From the NCBI GenBank assembly GCA_977030845.1, contig OZ365110.1, positions 48,422,001-48,486,000 of the forward strand: DNA of 64,000 bases, in the 5' to 3' direction. This DNA comes from Fimbriosthenelais zetlandica (Eukaryota). The translations under genes and the position numbers were made by a program. A model generated the notes under the pieces. It had not been told where the DNA came from. It ran no database searches and worked only from the letters and a program-made list of their open reading frames with translations. Of the stretch, positions 13,101-28,100 are shown piece by piece. Within the stretch, counting starts at the first letter, position 1. Each line of letters begins with the position of its first letter.

Positions 13101-16100
13101 TGGTCCCTCTGCGTCAATATCCACAGGCTCAAACTCTCCTTGAAGTTCAGCGTCTGGACCCTCAAATTCAGGCTTCTCTACTTGAACATCAAATTTACCA
13201 CCATAAGGTTCCTGGACAATGTCAACGTCTCCAACAGAGATCTCTCCTTGAGGCTTCTTAGCACCAAACTTGGGAAGAGAAAAGCTGGGAAGATCAATGC
13301 TAGGCCCCTTGAATCTCCACTTGCGACCCTTCTTGTCAACTTTGATGTCTGGACCTTCAATATCAGCTTCCACTGGTTCAAATTCTCCCTCAAGTTCAGC
13401 GTCTGGACCTTCAAATTCTGGTTTCTCTATCACAATCTCACCTTGTGGTTTCTTGCCACCAAACTTGGGAAGAGAGAAGCTGGGGAGATCAATGCTAGGT
13501 CCCTTAAATCTCCACTTACGACCTTTCTTGTCAACTTTGATGTCTGGTCCTTCGATGTCTGCAGACACTGGTTCGAATTCTCCTTCAAGTCCAGCGTCTG
13601 GACCTTCAAATTCTGGTTTCTCTATGTCAATGTCTAGTTTGGCACCGTATGGCTCATGGACTACATCAACGTCACCTACGGCAATCTCTCCTTTTCCTTT
13701 CCTGCCAAACCTAGGAAGAGAGAAGCTTGGACCCTTGATGTGGGGGCCCTTGAATTTCCACTTTCCACCTTTGCCTTTTACTTTAGGTGCTTCTCCGTCA
13801 ATGTCAACGTCAGGTCCTTCAACACTGATGTCTCCCTCTGGTAGTTCACCTTCAACACTAATATCAGGCTTATTGATATCTATGCCAGCCTTTGCACCGT
13901 AGGGTTCCTTGACAATGTCCACGTCTCCTACGCTTATTTCACCTTGGCCTTTACCTCCAAACTTGGGAAGGGAGAAGCTGGGAAGATCGATGCTCGGTCC
14001 CTTGAACCTCCACTTACGACCCTTCTTGTCAACCTTGATGTCTGGACCTTCAATGTCAGCCTCGACTGGTTCAAATTCTCCCTCAAGTTCAGCGTCAGGA
14101 CCTTCAAATTCTGGTTTCTCTATGACAATCTCGCCTTGAGGTTTCTTGCCACCAAACTTGGGAAGTGAGAAGCTGGGGAGATCAATGCTAGGTCCCTTGA
14201 ATCTCCACTTACGACCTTTCTTGTCAACTTTGATATCTGGTCCTTCGATGTCTGCAGACACTGGTTCAAATTCTCCTTCAAGTTCAGCGTCTGGACCTTC
14301 AAATTCTGGTTTCTCTATGTCAACGTCTAGTTTGGCACCGTATGGCTCATGAACTACATCTACATCACCCACTGTGATCTCTCCTTTTCCTTTTCGACCA
14401 AACCTGGGAAGCGAGAAGCTTGGACCCTTGATGTGGGGGCCCTTGAATTTCCACTTTCCACCTTTGCCTTTTACTTTAGGTGCCTCTCCGTCAATATCAA
14501 CGTCAGGTCCTTCAACACTGATGTCTCCCTCTGGTAGTTCACCTTCAACACTAATGTCAGGCTTTTTGATATCTATGCCAGCTTTTCCACCGTAGGGTTC
14601 CTCGACAATGTCCACGTCTCCTACGCTTATTTCACCTTGGCCTTTACCTCCAAACTTGGGAAGGGAGAAGCTGGGGAGATTGATGCTAGGTCCCTTGAAT
14701 CTCCACTTACGACCGTGTTTGTCAACTTTGATGTCTGGACCTTCAATATCAGCCTCAACTGGTTCAAATTCTCCCTCAAGTTTAGCGTCTGGGCCTTCAA
14801 ATTCTGGTTTCTCTATCACAATCTCACCTTGAGGCTTTTTGCCACCAAACTTGGGAAGAGAGAAGCTGGGGAGGCCAAAGCTAGGTCCCTTGAATCTCCA
14901 CTTGCGACCTTTGGTGTCTACCTTTATATCTGGTCCCTCTGCATCAATATCCACAGGCTCAAACTCTCCTTGGAGTTCAGCGTCAGGACCCTCAAATTCA
15001 GGCTTCTCTACTTGAACATCAAATTTACCACCATAAGGTTCCTGGACAATGTCAACGTCTCCAACGGTGATCTCTCCTTGAGGCTTCTTACCACCAAACT
15101 TGGGAAGGGAGAAGCTAGGAAGGTCAATGCTAGGTCCCTTGAATCTCCACTTACGTCCCTGCTTGTCAACCTTAATGTCTGGACCTTCAATGTCAGCCTC
15201 AACTGGTTCGAATTCTCCCTCAAGTTCAGCGTCAGGGCCTTCGAATTCTGGTTTCTCTATCACAATCTCACCCTGAGGCTTCTTGCCACCAAATTTGGGA
15301 AGAGAAAAGCTGGGAAGATCAAAGCTAGGTCCCTTGAATCTCCACTTGCGACCGTGTTTGTCAACTTTGATATCTGGACCTTCAATGTCAGCCTCAACTG
15401 GTTCAAATTCTCCCTCAAGTTGAGCGTCAGGACCTTCAAATTCTGGTTTCTCTATCACAATTTCACCTTGTGGTTTCTTGCCACCAAACTTGGGAAGAGA
15501 GAAGCTGGGAAGATCAAAGCTAGGTCCCTTAAATCTCCACTTACGACCTTTCTTGTCAACTTTGATGTCTGGTCCTTCGATGTCTGCAGACACTGGTTCA
15601 AATTCTCCTTCAAGCTCAGCGTCTGGACCTTCAAATTCTGGTTTCTCTATGTCAACGTCTAGTTTGGCACCATATGGCTCATGAACTACATCCACATCAC
15701 CCACTGTGATCTCTCCTTTTCCTTTTCGACCAAACCTGGGAAGCGAGAAGCTTGGACCCTTGATGTGGGGGCCCTTGAATTTCCACTTTCCACCTTTGCC
15801 TTTTATTTTAGGTGCTTCTCCATCAATATCAACGTCAGGTCCTTCAACACTGATGTCTCCCTCTGGTAGTTCACCTTCAACACTAATGTCAGGTTTTTTG
15901 ATATCTATGCCAGCTTTGACACCATAGGGTTCCTCGACAATGTCCACGTCTCCTACGCTTACTTCACCTTGGCCTTTACCTCCAAACTTGGGAAGGGAGA
16001 AGCTGGGAAGATTGATGCTAGGTCCCTTGAATCTCCACTTACGACCCTGCTTGTCAACTTTGATGTCTGGACCTTCAATATCAGCCTCAACTGGTTCAAA

Positions 16101-19100
16101 CTCTCCCTCAAGTTCAGCGTCAGGGCCTTCAAATTCTGGTTTCTCTATCACAATCTCCCCTTGAGGTTTCTTGCCACCAAATTTAGGAAGTGAGAAGCTG
16201 GGAAGATTGATGCTAGGTCCCTTGAATCTCCACTTACGACCCTTCTTGTCAACTTTGATGTCTGGTCCTTCGATATCGGCAGACACTGGTTCAAATTCTC
16301 CTTCAAGTTCAGCGTCTGGACCTTCAAATTCTGGTTTCTCTATGTCAACGTCTAGTTTGGCACCGTATGGCTCATGGACTACATCCACATCACCCACTGT
16401 GATCTCTCCTTTTCCTTTCCTGCCAAACCGAGGAAGAGAGAAACTTGGACCCTTGATTTTCCACTTTCCACCTTTGCCTTTTACTTTAGGTGATTTTCCA
16501 TCAATGTCAACGTCAGGTCCTTCAACACTGATGTCTCCCTCTGGTAGTTCACCTTCAACACTAATATCAGGTTTTTTGATATCTAGGTCAGCCTTTGCAC
16601 CATAGGGTTCCTCGACAATGTCCACGTCTCCTACGCTTATTTCACCTTGGCCTTTGCCTCCAAACTTGGGAAGGGAGAAGCTGGGAAGATCGATGCTAGG
16701 TCCCTTGAATCTCCACTTACGACCTTTCTTGTCAACTTTGATGTCGGGCCCTTCGATGTCAGCCTCCACTGGTTCAAATTCTCCCTCAAGTTCAGCGTCT
16801 GGACCTTCAAATTCTGGTTTCTCTATCACAATCTCACCTTGTGGTTTCTTGCCACCAAACTTGGGAAGAGAAAAGCTGGGAAGATCAAAGCTAGGTCCCT
16901 TAAATCTCCACTTGCGACCCTTCTTGTCAACTTTGATGTCGGGCCCTTCAATGTCAGCCTCGACTGGTTCAAATTCTCCTTCAAGCTCAGCGTCTGGACC
17001 TTCAAATTCTGGTTTCTCAATCACAATCTCACCTTGAGGCTTTTTGCCACCAAACTTGGGAAGAGAGAAGCTGGGGAGGCCAAAGCTAGGTCCCTTGAAT
17101 CTCCACTTGCGACCTTTGGTGTCTACCTTTATATCTGGTCCCTCTGCATCAATATCCACAGGCTCAAACTCTCCTTGGAGTTCTGCGTCCGGACCCTCAA
17201 ATTCAGGCTTCTCTACTTGAACATCAAATTTACCACCATAAGGTTCCTGGACAATGTCAACGTCTCCAACAGTGATCTCTCCTTGAGGCTTCTTACCACC
17301 AAACTTGGGAAGAGAAAAGCTGGGAAGATCAAAGCTAGGTCCCTTGAATCTCCACTTACGACCCTTCTTGTCAACTTTGATGTCTGGACCTTCAATATCA
17401 GCCTCAACTGGTTCAAATTCTCCCTCAAGTTCAGCATCAGGGCCTTCAAATTCTGGTTTCTCTATCACAATTTCACCCTGAGGTTTCTTGCCACCAAACT
17501 TGGGAAGTGAGAAGCTGGGAAGATCAAAACTAGGTCCCTTGAATCTCCACTTGCGACCCTTCTTGTCAACTTTGATGTCTGGACCTTCAATATCAGCCTC
17601 AACTGGTTCAAATTCTCCCTCAAGTTCAGCGTCAGGGCCTTCAAATTCTGGTTTCTCTATCACAATTTCACCCTGAGGTTTCTTGCCACCAAACTTGGGA
17701 AGTGAGAAGCTGGGAAGATCAAAACTAGGTCCCTTGAATCTCCACTTGCGACCCTTCTTGTCAACTTTGATGTCTGGTCCTTCGATGTCTGCAGACACTG
17801 GTTCAAATTCTCCTTCAAGTTCAGCGTCAGGGCCTTCAAATTCTGGTTTCTCTATCACAATTTCACCCTGAGGTTTCTTGCCACCAAACTTGGGAAGTGA
17901 GAAGCTGGGAAGATCAAAACTAGGTCCCTTGAATCTCCACTTACGACCTTTCTTGTCAACTTTTATATCTGGTCCTTCGATGTCTGCAGATACTGGTTCA
18001 AATTCTCCTTCAAGCTCGGCGTCTGGACCTTCAAATTCTGGTTTCTCTATGTCAACGTCTAGTTTGGCACCGTATGGCTCATGAACTACATCCACATCAC
18101 CTACTGTGATCTCTCCTTTTCCTTTTCGACCAAACCTGGGAAGCGAGAAACTTGGACCCTTGATGTGGGGGCCCTTGAATTTCCACTTTCCACCTTTGCC
18201 TTTTACTTTAGGTGCTTCTCCGTCGATATCAACGTCAGGTCCTTCAACACTGATGTCTCCCTCTGGTAGTTCACCTTCAACACTAATGTCAGGTTTTTTG
18301 ATATCTATGCCAGCTTTGGCGCCGTAGGGTTCCTCGACAATGTCCACGTCTCCTACGCTTACTTCACCTTGACCTTTACCTCCAAACTTGGGAAGGGAGA
18401 AGCTGGGAAGATTGATGCTAGGTCCCTTGAATCTCCACTTACGACCTTTCTTATCAACTTTGATGTCTGGACCTTCAATATCAGCCTCGACTGGTTCAAA
18501 TTCTCCCTCAAGTTCAGCGTCAGGGCCTTCAAATTCTGGTTTCTCTATCACTATCTCACCTTGAGGTTTCTTGCCACCAAATTTGGGAAGAGAAAAGCTG
18601 GGAAGATCAAAGCTAGGTCCCTTAAATCTCCATTTACGACCTTTCTTGTCAACTTTGATGTCTGGTCCTTCGATGTCTGCAGACACTGGTTCAAATTCTC
18701 CTTCAAGCTCGGCGTCTGGACCTTCAAATTCTGGCTTCTCTATGTCAACGTCTAGTTTGGCACCATATGGCTCATGGACTACATCCACATCACCCACTGT
18801 GATCTCTCCTTTTCCTTTACGGCCAAACCTAGGAAGAGAGAAGCTCGGACCCTTAATTTTCCACTTTCCACCTTTGCCTTTTACTTTAGGTGCTTTTCCA
18901 TCAATATCAACGTCAGGACCTTCAACACTGATGTCTCCCTCTGGTAGTTCACCTTCAACACTAATGTCAGGTTTTTTGATATCTATGCCAGCTTTGGCGC
19001 CGTAGGGTTCCTCAACAATGTCCACGTCTCCTACGCTTATTTCACCTTGACCTTTACCTCCAAACTTGGGAAGGGAGAAGCTGGGAAGGTTGATGCTAGG

Positions 19101-22100
19101 TCCCTTGAATCTCCACTTACGACCCTGCTTGTCAACCTTGATATCTGGACCTTCGATGTCAGCCTCAACTGGTTCAAATTCTCCCTCGAGTTCAGCGTCT
19201 GGACCTTCAAATTCTGGTTTCTCTATCACAATCTCACCCTGAGGTTTCTTGCCACCAAACTTGGGAAGAGAGAAGCTGGGGAGGCCAAAGCTAGGTCCCT
19301 TGAATCTCCACTTACGTCCCTGCTTGTCAACTTTGATGTCTGGACCTTCGATGTCAGCCTCAACTGGTTCAAATTCTCCCTCAAGTTCAGCGTCTGGACC
19401 TTCAAATTCTGGTTTCTCTATCACAATCTCACCTTGAGGCTTCTTGCCCCCAAACTTGGGGAGAGAAAAGCTGGGAAGATCAAAGCTAGGTCCCTTGAAT
19501 CTCCACTTACGTCCCTTCTTGTCAACCTTAATGTCTGGACCTTCGATATCAGCCTCAACTGGTTCAAATTCTCCCTGAAGTTCAGCGTCTGGACCTTCAA
19601 ATTCTGGTTTCTCTATCACAATCTCACCTTGAGGCTTCTTGCCACCAAACTTGGGAAGAGAGAAGCTGGGGAGGCCAAAGCTAGGTCCCTTGAATCTCCA
19701 CTTGCGACCTTTGGCGTCTACCTTTATGTCTGGTCCCTCTGCGTCAATATCCACAGGCTCAAACTCTCCTTGGAGTTCTGCGTCTGGACCCTCAAATTCA
19801 GGCTTCTCTACTTCAACATCAAATTTACCACCATAAGGTTCCTGGACAATGTCAACGTCTCCAACGGTGATTTCTCCTTGAGGCTTCTTGCCACCAAACT
19901 TGGGAAGGGAGAAGCTAGGAAGGTCAATGCTCGGTCCCTTGAATCTCCACTTACGACCCTTCTTGTCAACCTTAATATCTGGACCTTCAATGTCAGCCTC
20001 AACTGGTTCAAATTCTCCCTCAAGTTCAGCGTCAGGGCCTTCAAATTCTGGTTTCTCTATCACAATCTCACCCTGAGGTTTCTTGCCACCAAACTTGGGA
20101 AGAGAAAAGCTGGGAAGATCAAAGCTAGGACCCTTGAATCTCCACTTACGACCCTTCTTGTCGACTTTGATGTCTGGTCCTTCGATGTCAGCCTCAACTG
20201 GTTCAAATTCTCCCTCAAGTTCAGCGTCTGGACCTTCAAATTCTGGTTTCTCTATCACAATCTCACCTTGAGGTTTCTTTCCACCAAACTTGGGAAGAGA
20301 AAAGCTGGGAAGATCAAAGCTAGGACCCTTGAATCTCCACTTACGACCTTTCTTGTCAACTTTTATATCTGGTCCTTCGATGTCTGCAGATACTGGTTCA
20401 AATTCTCCTTCAAGCTCGGCGTCTGGACCTTCAAATTCTGGTTTCTCTATGTCAACGTCTAGTTTGGCTCCGTATGGCTCATGAACTACATCTACATCAC
20501 CTACTGTGATCTCTCCTTTTCCTTTTCGACCAAACCTGGGAAGCGAAAAGCTTGGACCCTTGATGTGGGGGCCCTTGAATTTCCACTTTCCACCTTTGCC
20601 TTTTACTTTAGGTGCCTCTCCGTCGATATCAACGTCAGGTCCTTCAACACTGATGTCTCCCTCTGGTAGTTCACCTTCAACACTAATGTCAGGTTTTTTG
20701 ATATCTATGCCAGCTTTGGCACCGTAGGGTTCCTCAACAATGTCCACGTCTCCTACGCTTATTTCACCTTGACCTTTACCTCCAAACTTGGGAAGGGAGA
20801 AGCTGGGAAGATTGATGCTAGGTCCCTTGAATCTCCACTTACGACCTTTCTTGTCAACTTTGATGTCAGGACCTTCAATATCAGCCTCAACTGGTTCAAA
20901 TTCTCCTTCAAGTTCAGCGTCAGGGCCTTCAAATTCTGGTTTCTCTATCACAATCTCACCTTGAGGTTTCTTGCCACCAAATTTGGGAAGAGAGAAGCTG
21001 GGAAGATCAATGCTAGGTCCCTTGAATCTCCACTTACGACCCTTCTTGTCAACTTTGATGTCTGGTCCTTCGATGTCTGCAGACACTGGTTCGAATTCTC
21101 CTTCAAGCTCAGCGTCTGGACCTTCAAATTCTGGTTTCTCTATGTCAACGTCTAGTTTGGCACCATACGGTTCATGGACTACATCCACATCACCCACTGT
21201 GATCTCTCCTTTTCCTTTACGTCCAAACCTAGGAAGAGAGAAGCTTCCCCCCTTGAAGTTGGGGCCCTTGAATTTCCACTTTCCACCTTTGCCTTTTACT
21301 TTAGGTGATTTTCCATCAATATCAACATCAGGTCCTTCAACACTGATGTCTCCCTCTGGTAGTTCACCTTCAACACTAATGTCAGGCTTTTTGATATCTA
21401 TGCCAGCTTTTCCACCGTAGGGTTCCTCAACAATGTCCACGTCTCCTACGCTTATTTCACCTTGGCCTTTACCTCCAAACTTGGGAAGGGAGAAGCTGGG
21501 AAGATTGATGCTAGGTCCCTTGAATCTCCACTTACGACCCTGCTTGTCTACCTTGATGTCTGGACCTTCAATGTCAGCCTCAACTGGTTCAAATTCTCCC
21601 TCAAGTTCAGCGTCTGGACCTTCAAATTCTGGTTTCTCTATCACAATCTCACCTTGAGGTTTCTTGCCACCAAACTTGGGAAGAGAAAAACTGGGAAGAT
21701 CAAAGCTAGGTCCCTTGAATCTCCACTTGCGACCCTTCTTGTCAACCTTAATGTCTGGACCTTCGATATCAGCCTCAACTGGTTCAAATTCTCCCTCAAG
21801 TTCAGCGTCTGGACCTTCAAATTCTGGTTTCTCTATCACAATCTCACCCTGAGGTTTCTTGCCACCAAACTTGGGAAGAGAAAAGCTGGGAAGACTAAAG
21901 CTAGGTCCCTTGAATCTCCACTTACGACCCTGCTTGTCAACTTTGATGTCTGGACCTTCAATATCAGCCTCAACTGGTTCAAACTCTCCTTCAAGTTCAG
22001 CGTCTGGACCTTCAAATTCTGGTTTCTCTATCACAATCTCACCTTGAGGTTTCTTGCCACCAAATTTGGGAAGAGAGAAGCTGGGGAGGCCAAAGCTAGG

Positions 22101-25100
22101 TCCCTTGAATCTCCACTTGCGACCTTTGGTGTCTACCTTTATGTCTGGTCCCTCTGCATCAATATCCACAGGCTCAAACTCTCCTTGGAGTTCAGCGTCT
22201 GGACCCTCAAATTCAGGCTTCTCTACTTTAACATCAAATTTACCACCATAAGGTTCCTGAACAATGTCAACGTCTCCAACAGTGATCTCTCCTTGATGCT
22301 TCTTGCCACCAAACTTGGGAAGGGAGAAGCTAGGAAGGTCAATGCTTGGTCCCTTGAATCTCCACTTACGCCCCTTCTTGTCAACCTTAATGTCTGGACC
22401 TTCAATGTCAGCCTCAACTGGTTCAAATTCTCCCTCAAGTTCAGCGTCAGGGCCTTCGAATTCTGGTTTCTCTATCACTATCTCACCTTGAGGTTTCTTG
22501 CCACCAAACTTGGGAAGAGAGAAGCTGGGAAGATCAAAGCTAGGTCCCTTGAATCTCCACTTACGACCTTTCTTGTCAACTTTGATGTCTGGTCCTTCAA
22601 TGTCTGCAGATACTGGTTCAAATTCTCCTTCAAGCTCGGCGTCTGGACCTTCAAATTCTGGTTTCTCTATCACAATCTCACCTTGAGGTTTCTTGCCACC
22701 AAACTTGGGAAGAGAAAAGCTGGGAAGATCAAAGCTAGGTCCCTTAAATCTCCACTTACGACCTTTCTTGTCAACTTTGATGTCTGGTCCTTCGATGTCT
22801 GCAGACACTGGTTCAAATTCTCCCTCAAGTTCAGCGTCTGGACCTTCAAATTCTGGTTTCTCTATCACAATCTCACCTTGAGGTTTCTTGCCACCAAACT
22901 TGGGAAGAGAGAAGCTGGGAAGATCAAAGCTAGGACCCTTGAATCTCCACTTACGGCCCTTCTTGTCAACTTTGATATCTGGTCCTTCGATGTCTGCAGA
23001 CACTGGTTCAAATTCTCCTTCAAGCTCAGCGTCTGGACCTTCAAATTCTGGTTTCTCTATGTCAATGTCTAGTTTGGCACCGTATGGCTCATGGACTACA
23101 TCCACATCACCCACTGTGATCTCTCCTTTTCCTTTACGGCCAAACCTAGGAAGTGAGAAACTTGGACCCTTGATGTGGGGGCCCTTGAATTTCCACTTTC
23201 CACCTTTGCCTTTAACTTTAGGTGCTTCTCCGTCGATATCAACGTCAGGTCCTTCAACACTGATGTCTCCCTCTGGTAGTTCACCTTCAACACTAATGTC
23301 AGGTTTTTTGATATCTATGCCAGCTTTGGCACCGTAGGGTTCCTCGACAATGTCCACGTCTCCTACGCTTATTTCACCTTGGCCTTTACCTCCAAACTTG
23401 GGAAGGGAGAAGCTGGGAAGACTGATGCTAGGTCCCTTGAATCTCCACTTACGACCTTTCTTATCAACTTTGATGTCTGGACCTTCGATGTCAGCCTCGA
23501 CTGGTTCAAATTCTCCCTCAAGTTCAGCGTCAGGGCCTTCAAATTCTGGTTTCTCTATCACTATCTCACCTTGAGGTTTCTTGCCACCAAATTTGGGAAG
23601 TGAGAAGCTAGGAAGATCAATGCTAGGTCCCTTGAATCTCCACTTACGACCCTTCTTGTCGACTTTGATATCTGGTCCTTCGATGTCTGCAGACACTGGT
23701 TCAAATTCTCCTTCAAGCTCAGCGTCTGGACCTTCAAATTCTGGTTTCTCTATGTCAACGTCTAGTTTGGCACCATACGGTTCATGGACTACATCCACAT
23801 CACCCACTGTGATCTCTCCTTTTCCTTTCCGGCCAAACCTAGGAAGCGAGAAGCTTCCCCCCTTGAAGTTGGGGCCCTTGAATTTCCACTTTCCACCTTT
23901 GCCTTTTACTTTAGGTGATTTTCCATCAATATCAACGTCAGGTCCTTCAACACTGATGTCTCCCTCTGGTAGTTCACCTTCAACACTAATGTCAGGTTTT
24001 TTGATATCTATGCCAGCTTTGGCACCGTAGGGTTCCTCGACAATGTCCACGTCTCCTACGCTTATTTCACCTTGGCCTTTACCTCCAAACTTGGGAAGGG
24101 AGAAGCTGGGAAGATTGATGCTAGGTCCCTTGAATCTCCACTTACGACCTTTCTTGTCAACTTTGATGTCTGGTCCTTCGATGTCTGCAGATACTGGTTC
24201 AAATTCTCCTTCAAGTTCAGCATCAGGACCTTCAAATTCGGGTTTCTCTATGACAATCTCCCCTTGAGGTTTCTTGCCACCAAATTTAGGAAGAGAGAAG
24301 CTGGGGAGGCCAAAGCTAGGTCCCTTGAATCTCCACTTACGACCCTGCTTGTCAACCTTGATGTCTGGTCCGTCGATGTCAGCCTCAACTGGTTCAAATT
24401 CTCCCTCAAGTTCAGCGTCTGGACCTTCAAATTCTGGTTTCTCTATCACAATCTCACCTTGAGGTTTCTTGCCACCAAATTTGGGAAGAGAGAAGCTGGG
24501 GAGGCCAAAGCTAGGTCCCTTGAATCTCCACTTACGACCCTGCTTGTCAACTTTGATATCTGGTCCGTCGATGTCAGCCTCAACTGGTTCAAATTCTCCC
24601 TCAAGTTCAGCGTCTGGACCTTCAAATTCTGGTTTCTCTATCACAATCTCACCTTGAGGTTTCTTGCCACCAAACTTGGGAAGAGAGAAGCTGGGGAGGC
24701 CAAAGCTTGGTCCCTTGAATCTCCACTTACGACCCTGCTTGTCAACTTTGATGTCTGGACCTTCAATATCAGCCTCAACTGGTTCAAACTCTCCTTCAAG
24801 TTCAGCGTCAGGACCTTCAAATTCGGGTTTCTCTATGACAATTTCGCCCTGGGGTTTCTTGCCACCAAATTTAGGAAGAGAAAAGCTGGGAAGACTAAAG
24901 CTAGGTCCCTTGAATCTCCACTTACGACCCTGCTTGTCAACTTTGATGTCTGGACCTTCAATATCAGCCTCAACTGGTTCAAACTCTCCTTCAAGTTCAG
25001 CGTCTGGACCTTCAAATTCTGGTTTCTCTATCACAATCTCACCCTGGGGTTTCTTGCCACCAAATTTGGGAAGAGAGAAGCTGGGGAGGCCAAAGCTAGG

Positions 25101-28100
25101 TCCCTTGAATCTCCACTTGCGACCTTTGGTGTCTACCTTTATGTCTGGTCCCTCTGCGTCAATATCCACAGGCTCAAACTCACCTTTGAGTTCTGCGTCT
25201 GGACCCTCAAATTCAGGCTTCTCTACCTGAACATCAAATTTACCACCATAAGGTTCCTGAACAATGTCAACGTCTCCAACAGTGATCTCTCCTTGAGGCT
25301 TCTTGCCACCAAACTTAGGAAGGGAGAAGCTAGGAAGGTCAATGCTAGGTCCCTTGAATCTCCACTTGCGTCCCTTCTTGTCAACCTTAATATCAGGACC
25401 TTCGATGTCAGCCTCAACTGGTTCAAATTCTCCCTCAAGTTCAGCGTCTGGACCTTCGAATTCTGGTTTCTCTATCACAATCTCACCCTGAGGCTTCTTG
25501 CCACCAAATTTGGGAAGAGAAAAGCTAGGAAGATCAAAGCTAGGTCCCTTGAATCTCCACTTACGACCCTTCTTGTCAACTTTGATGTCTGGTCCTTCGA
25601 TGTCAGCCTCAACTGGTTCAAATTCTCCCTCAAGTTCAGCGTCTGGACCTTCGAATTCTGGTTTCTCTATCACAATCTCACCCTGAGGCTTCTTGCCACC
25701 AAATTTGGGAAGTGAGAAGCTGGGAAGATCAAAGCTAGGTCCCTTGAATCTCCACTTACGACCTTTCTTGTCAACTTTGATGTCTGGTCCTTCGATGTCT
25801 ACAGACACTGGTTCAAATTCTCCTTCAAGCTCAGCGTCTGGACCTTCAAATTCTGGTTTCTCTATGTCAACGTCTAGTTTGGCACCATACGGTTCATGGA
25901 CTACATCCACATCACCCACTGTGATCTCTCCTTTTCCTTTACGGCCAAACCTGGGAAGCGAGAAGCTTGGACCCTTGATGTGGGGGCCCTTGAATTTCCA
26001 CTTTCCACCTTTGCCTTTTACTTTAGGTGCTTCTCCATCGATATCAATGTCAGGTCCTTCAGCACTGATGTCTCCCTCTGGTAGTTCACCTTCAACACTA
26101 ATGTCAGGTTTTTTGATATCTATGCCAGCTTTGGCACCGTAGGGTTCCTCGACAATGTCCACGTCTCCTACGCTTATTTCACCTTGACCTTTACCTCCAA
26201 ACTTGGGAAGGGAGAAGCTAGGAAGATCAAAGCTAGGTCCCTTGAATCTCCACTTACGACCCTTCTTGTCAACTTTGATGTCTGGTCCTTCGATGTCAGC
26301 CTCAACTGGTTCAAATTCTCCCTCAAGTTCAGCGTCTGGACCTTCGAATTCTGGTTTCTCTATCACAATCTCACCTTGAGGTTTCTTGCCACCAAACTTG
26401 GGAAGAGAGAAGCTGGGAAGATCAAAGCTAGGTCCCTTAAATCTCCACTTACGACCTTTCTTGTCAACTTTGATGTCTGGTCCTTCGATGTCTGCAGACA
26501 CTGGTTCGAATTCTCCTTCAAGCTCAGCGTCTGGACCTTCAAATTCTGGTTTCTCTATGTCAACGTCTAGTTTGGCACCATACGGTTCATGGACTACATC
26601 CACATCACCCACTGTGATCTCTCCTTTTCCTTTACGTCCAAACCTAGGAAGAGAGAAGCTTCCTCCCTTGAAGTGGGGGCCCTTGAATTTCCACTTTCCA
26701 CCTTTGCCTTTTACTTTAGGTGATTTTCCATCAATATCAACGTCAGGTCCTTCAACACTGATGTCTCCCTCTGGTAGTTCACCTTCAACACTAATATCAG
26801 GCTTTTTGATATCTATGCCAGCCTTTGCCCCATAGGGTTCCTCAACAATGTCCACATCTCCAACGCTTATTTCACCTTGGCCTTTACCTCCAAACTTGGG
26901 AAGGGAGAAGCTGGGAAGATTGATGCTAGGTCCCTTGAATCTCCACTTACGACCCTGCTTGTCAACCTTGATGTCTGGACCTTCGATGTCAGCCTCAACT
27001 GGTTCAAATTCTCCTTCAAGTTCAGCGTCTGGACCTTCAAATTCTGGTTTCTCTATCACAATCTCACCTTGGGGCTTCTTTCCACCAAACTTGGGAAGAG
27101 AAAAGCTGGGAAGATCAAAGCTAGGTCCCTTAAATCTCCACTTACGACCCTGCTTGTCAACTTTGATGTCTGGACCTTCGATGTCAGCCTCAACTGGTTC
27201 AAATTCTCCCTCAAGTTCAGCGTCTGGACCTTCAAATACTGGTTTCTCTATCACAATCTCACCTTGGGGCTTCTTTCCACCAAACTTGGGAAGAGAAAAG
27301 CTGGGAAGGCCAAAGCTAGGTCCCTTGAATCTCCACTTACGTCCCTGCTTGTCAACTTTAATATCTGGACCTTCGATATCAGCCTCAACTGGTTCAAATT
27401 CTCCCTCAAGTTCAGCGTCTGGACCTTCAAATTCTGGTTTCTCTATGACAATCTCACCTTGGGGCTTCTTTCCACCAAACTTGGGAAGAGAAAAGCTGGG
27501 AAGGCCAAAGCTAGGTCCCTTGAATCTCCACTTACGTCCCTGCTTGTCAACTTTAATATCTGGACCTTCGATATCAGCCTCAACTGGTTCAAATTCTCCC
27601 TCAAGTTCAGCGTCTGGACCTTCGAATTCTGGTTTCTCTATGACAATCTCACCTTGGGGCTTCTTTCCACCAAACTTGGGAAGAGAAAAGCTGGGAAGAC
27701 CAAAGCTAGGTCCCTTGAATCTCCACTTACGACCCTTCTTGTCAACTTTGATGTCTGGTCCTTCGATGTCAGCCTCAACTGGTTCAAATTCTCCCTCAAG
27801 TTCAGCGTCTGGACCTTCAAATTCTGGTTTCTCTATCACGATCTCACCTTGGGGCTTCTTTCCACCAAACTTGGGAAGAGAGAAGCTGGGGAGATCAAAG
27901 CTAGGTCCCTTGAATCTCCACTTACGACCTTTCTTGTCAACTTTGATGTCTGGTCCTTCGATGTCTGCAGACACTGGTTCAAATTCTCCCTCAAGTTCAG
28001 CGTCTGGACCTTCAAATTCTGGTTTTTCTATGTCAACGTCTAGTTTGGCACCATATGGCTCATGGACTACATCCACATCACCCACTGTGATCTCTCCTTT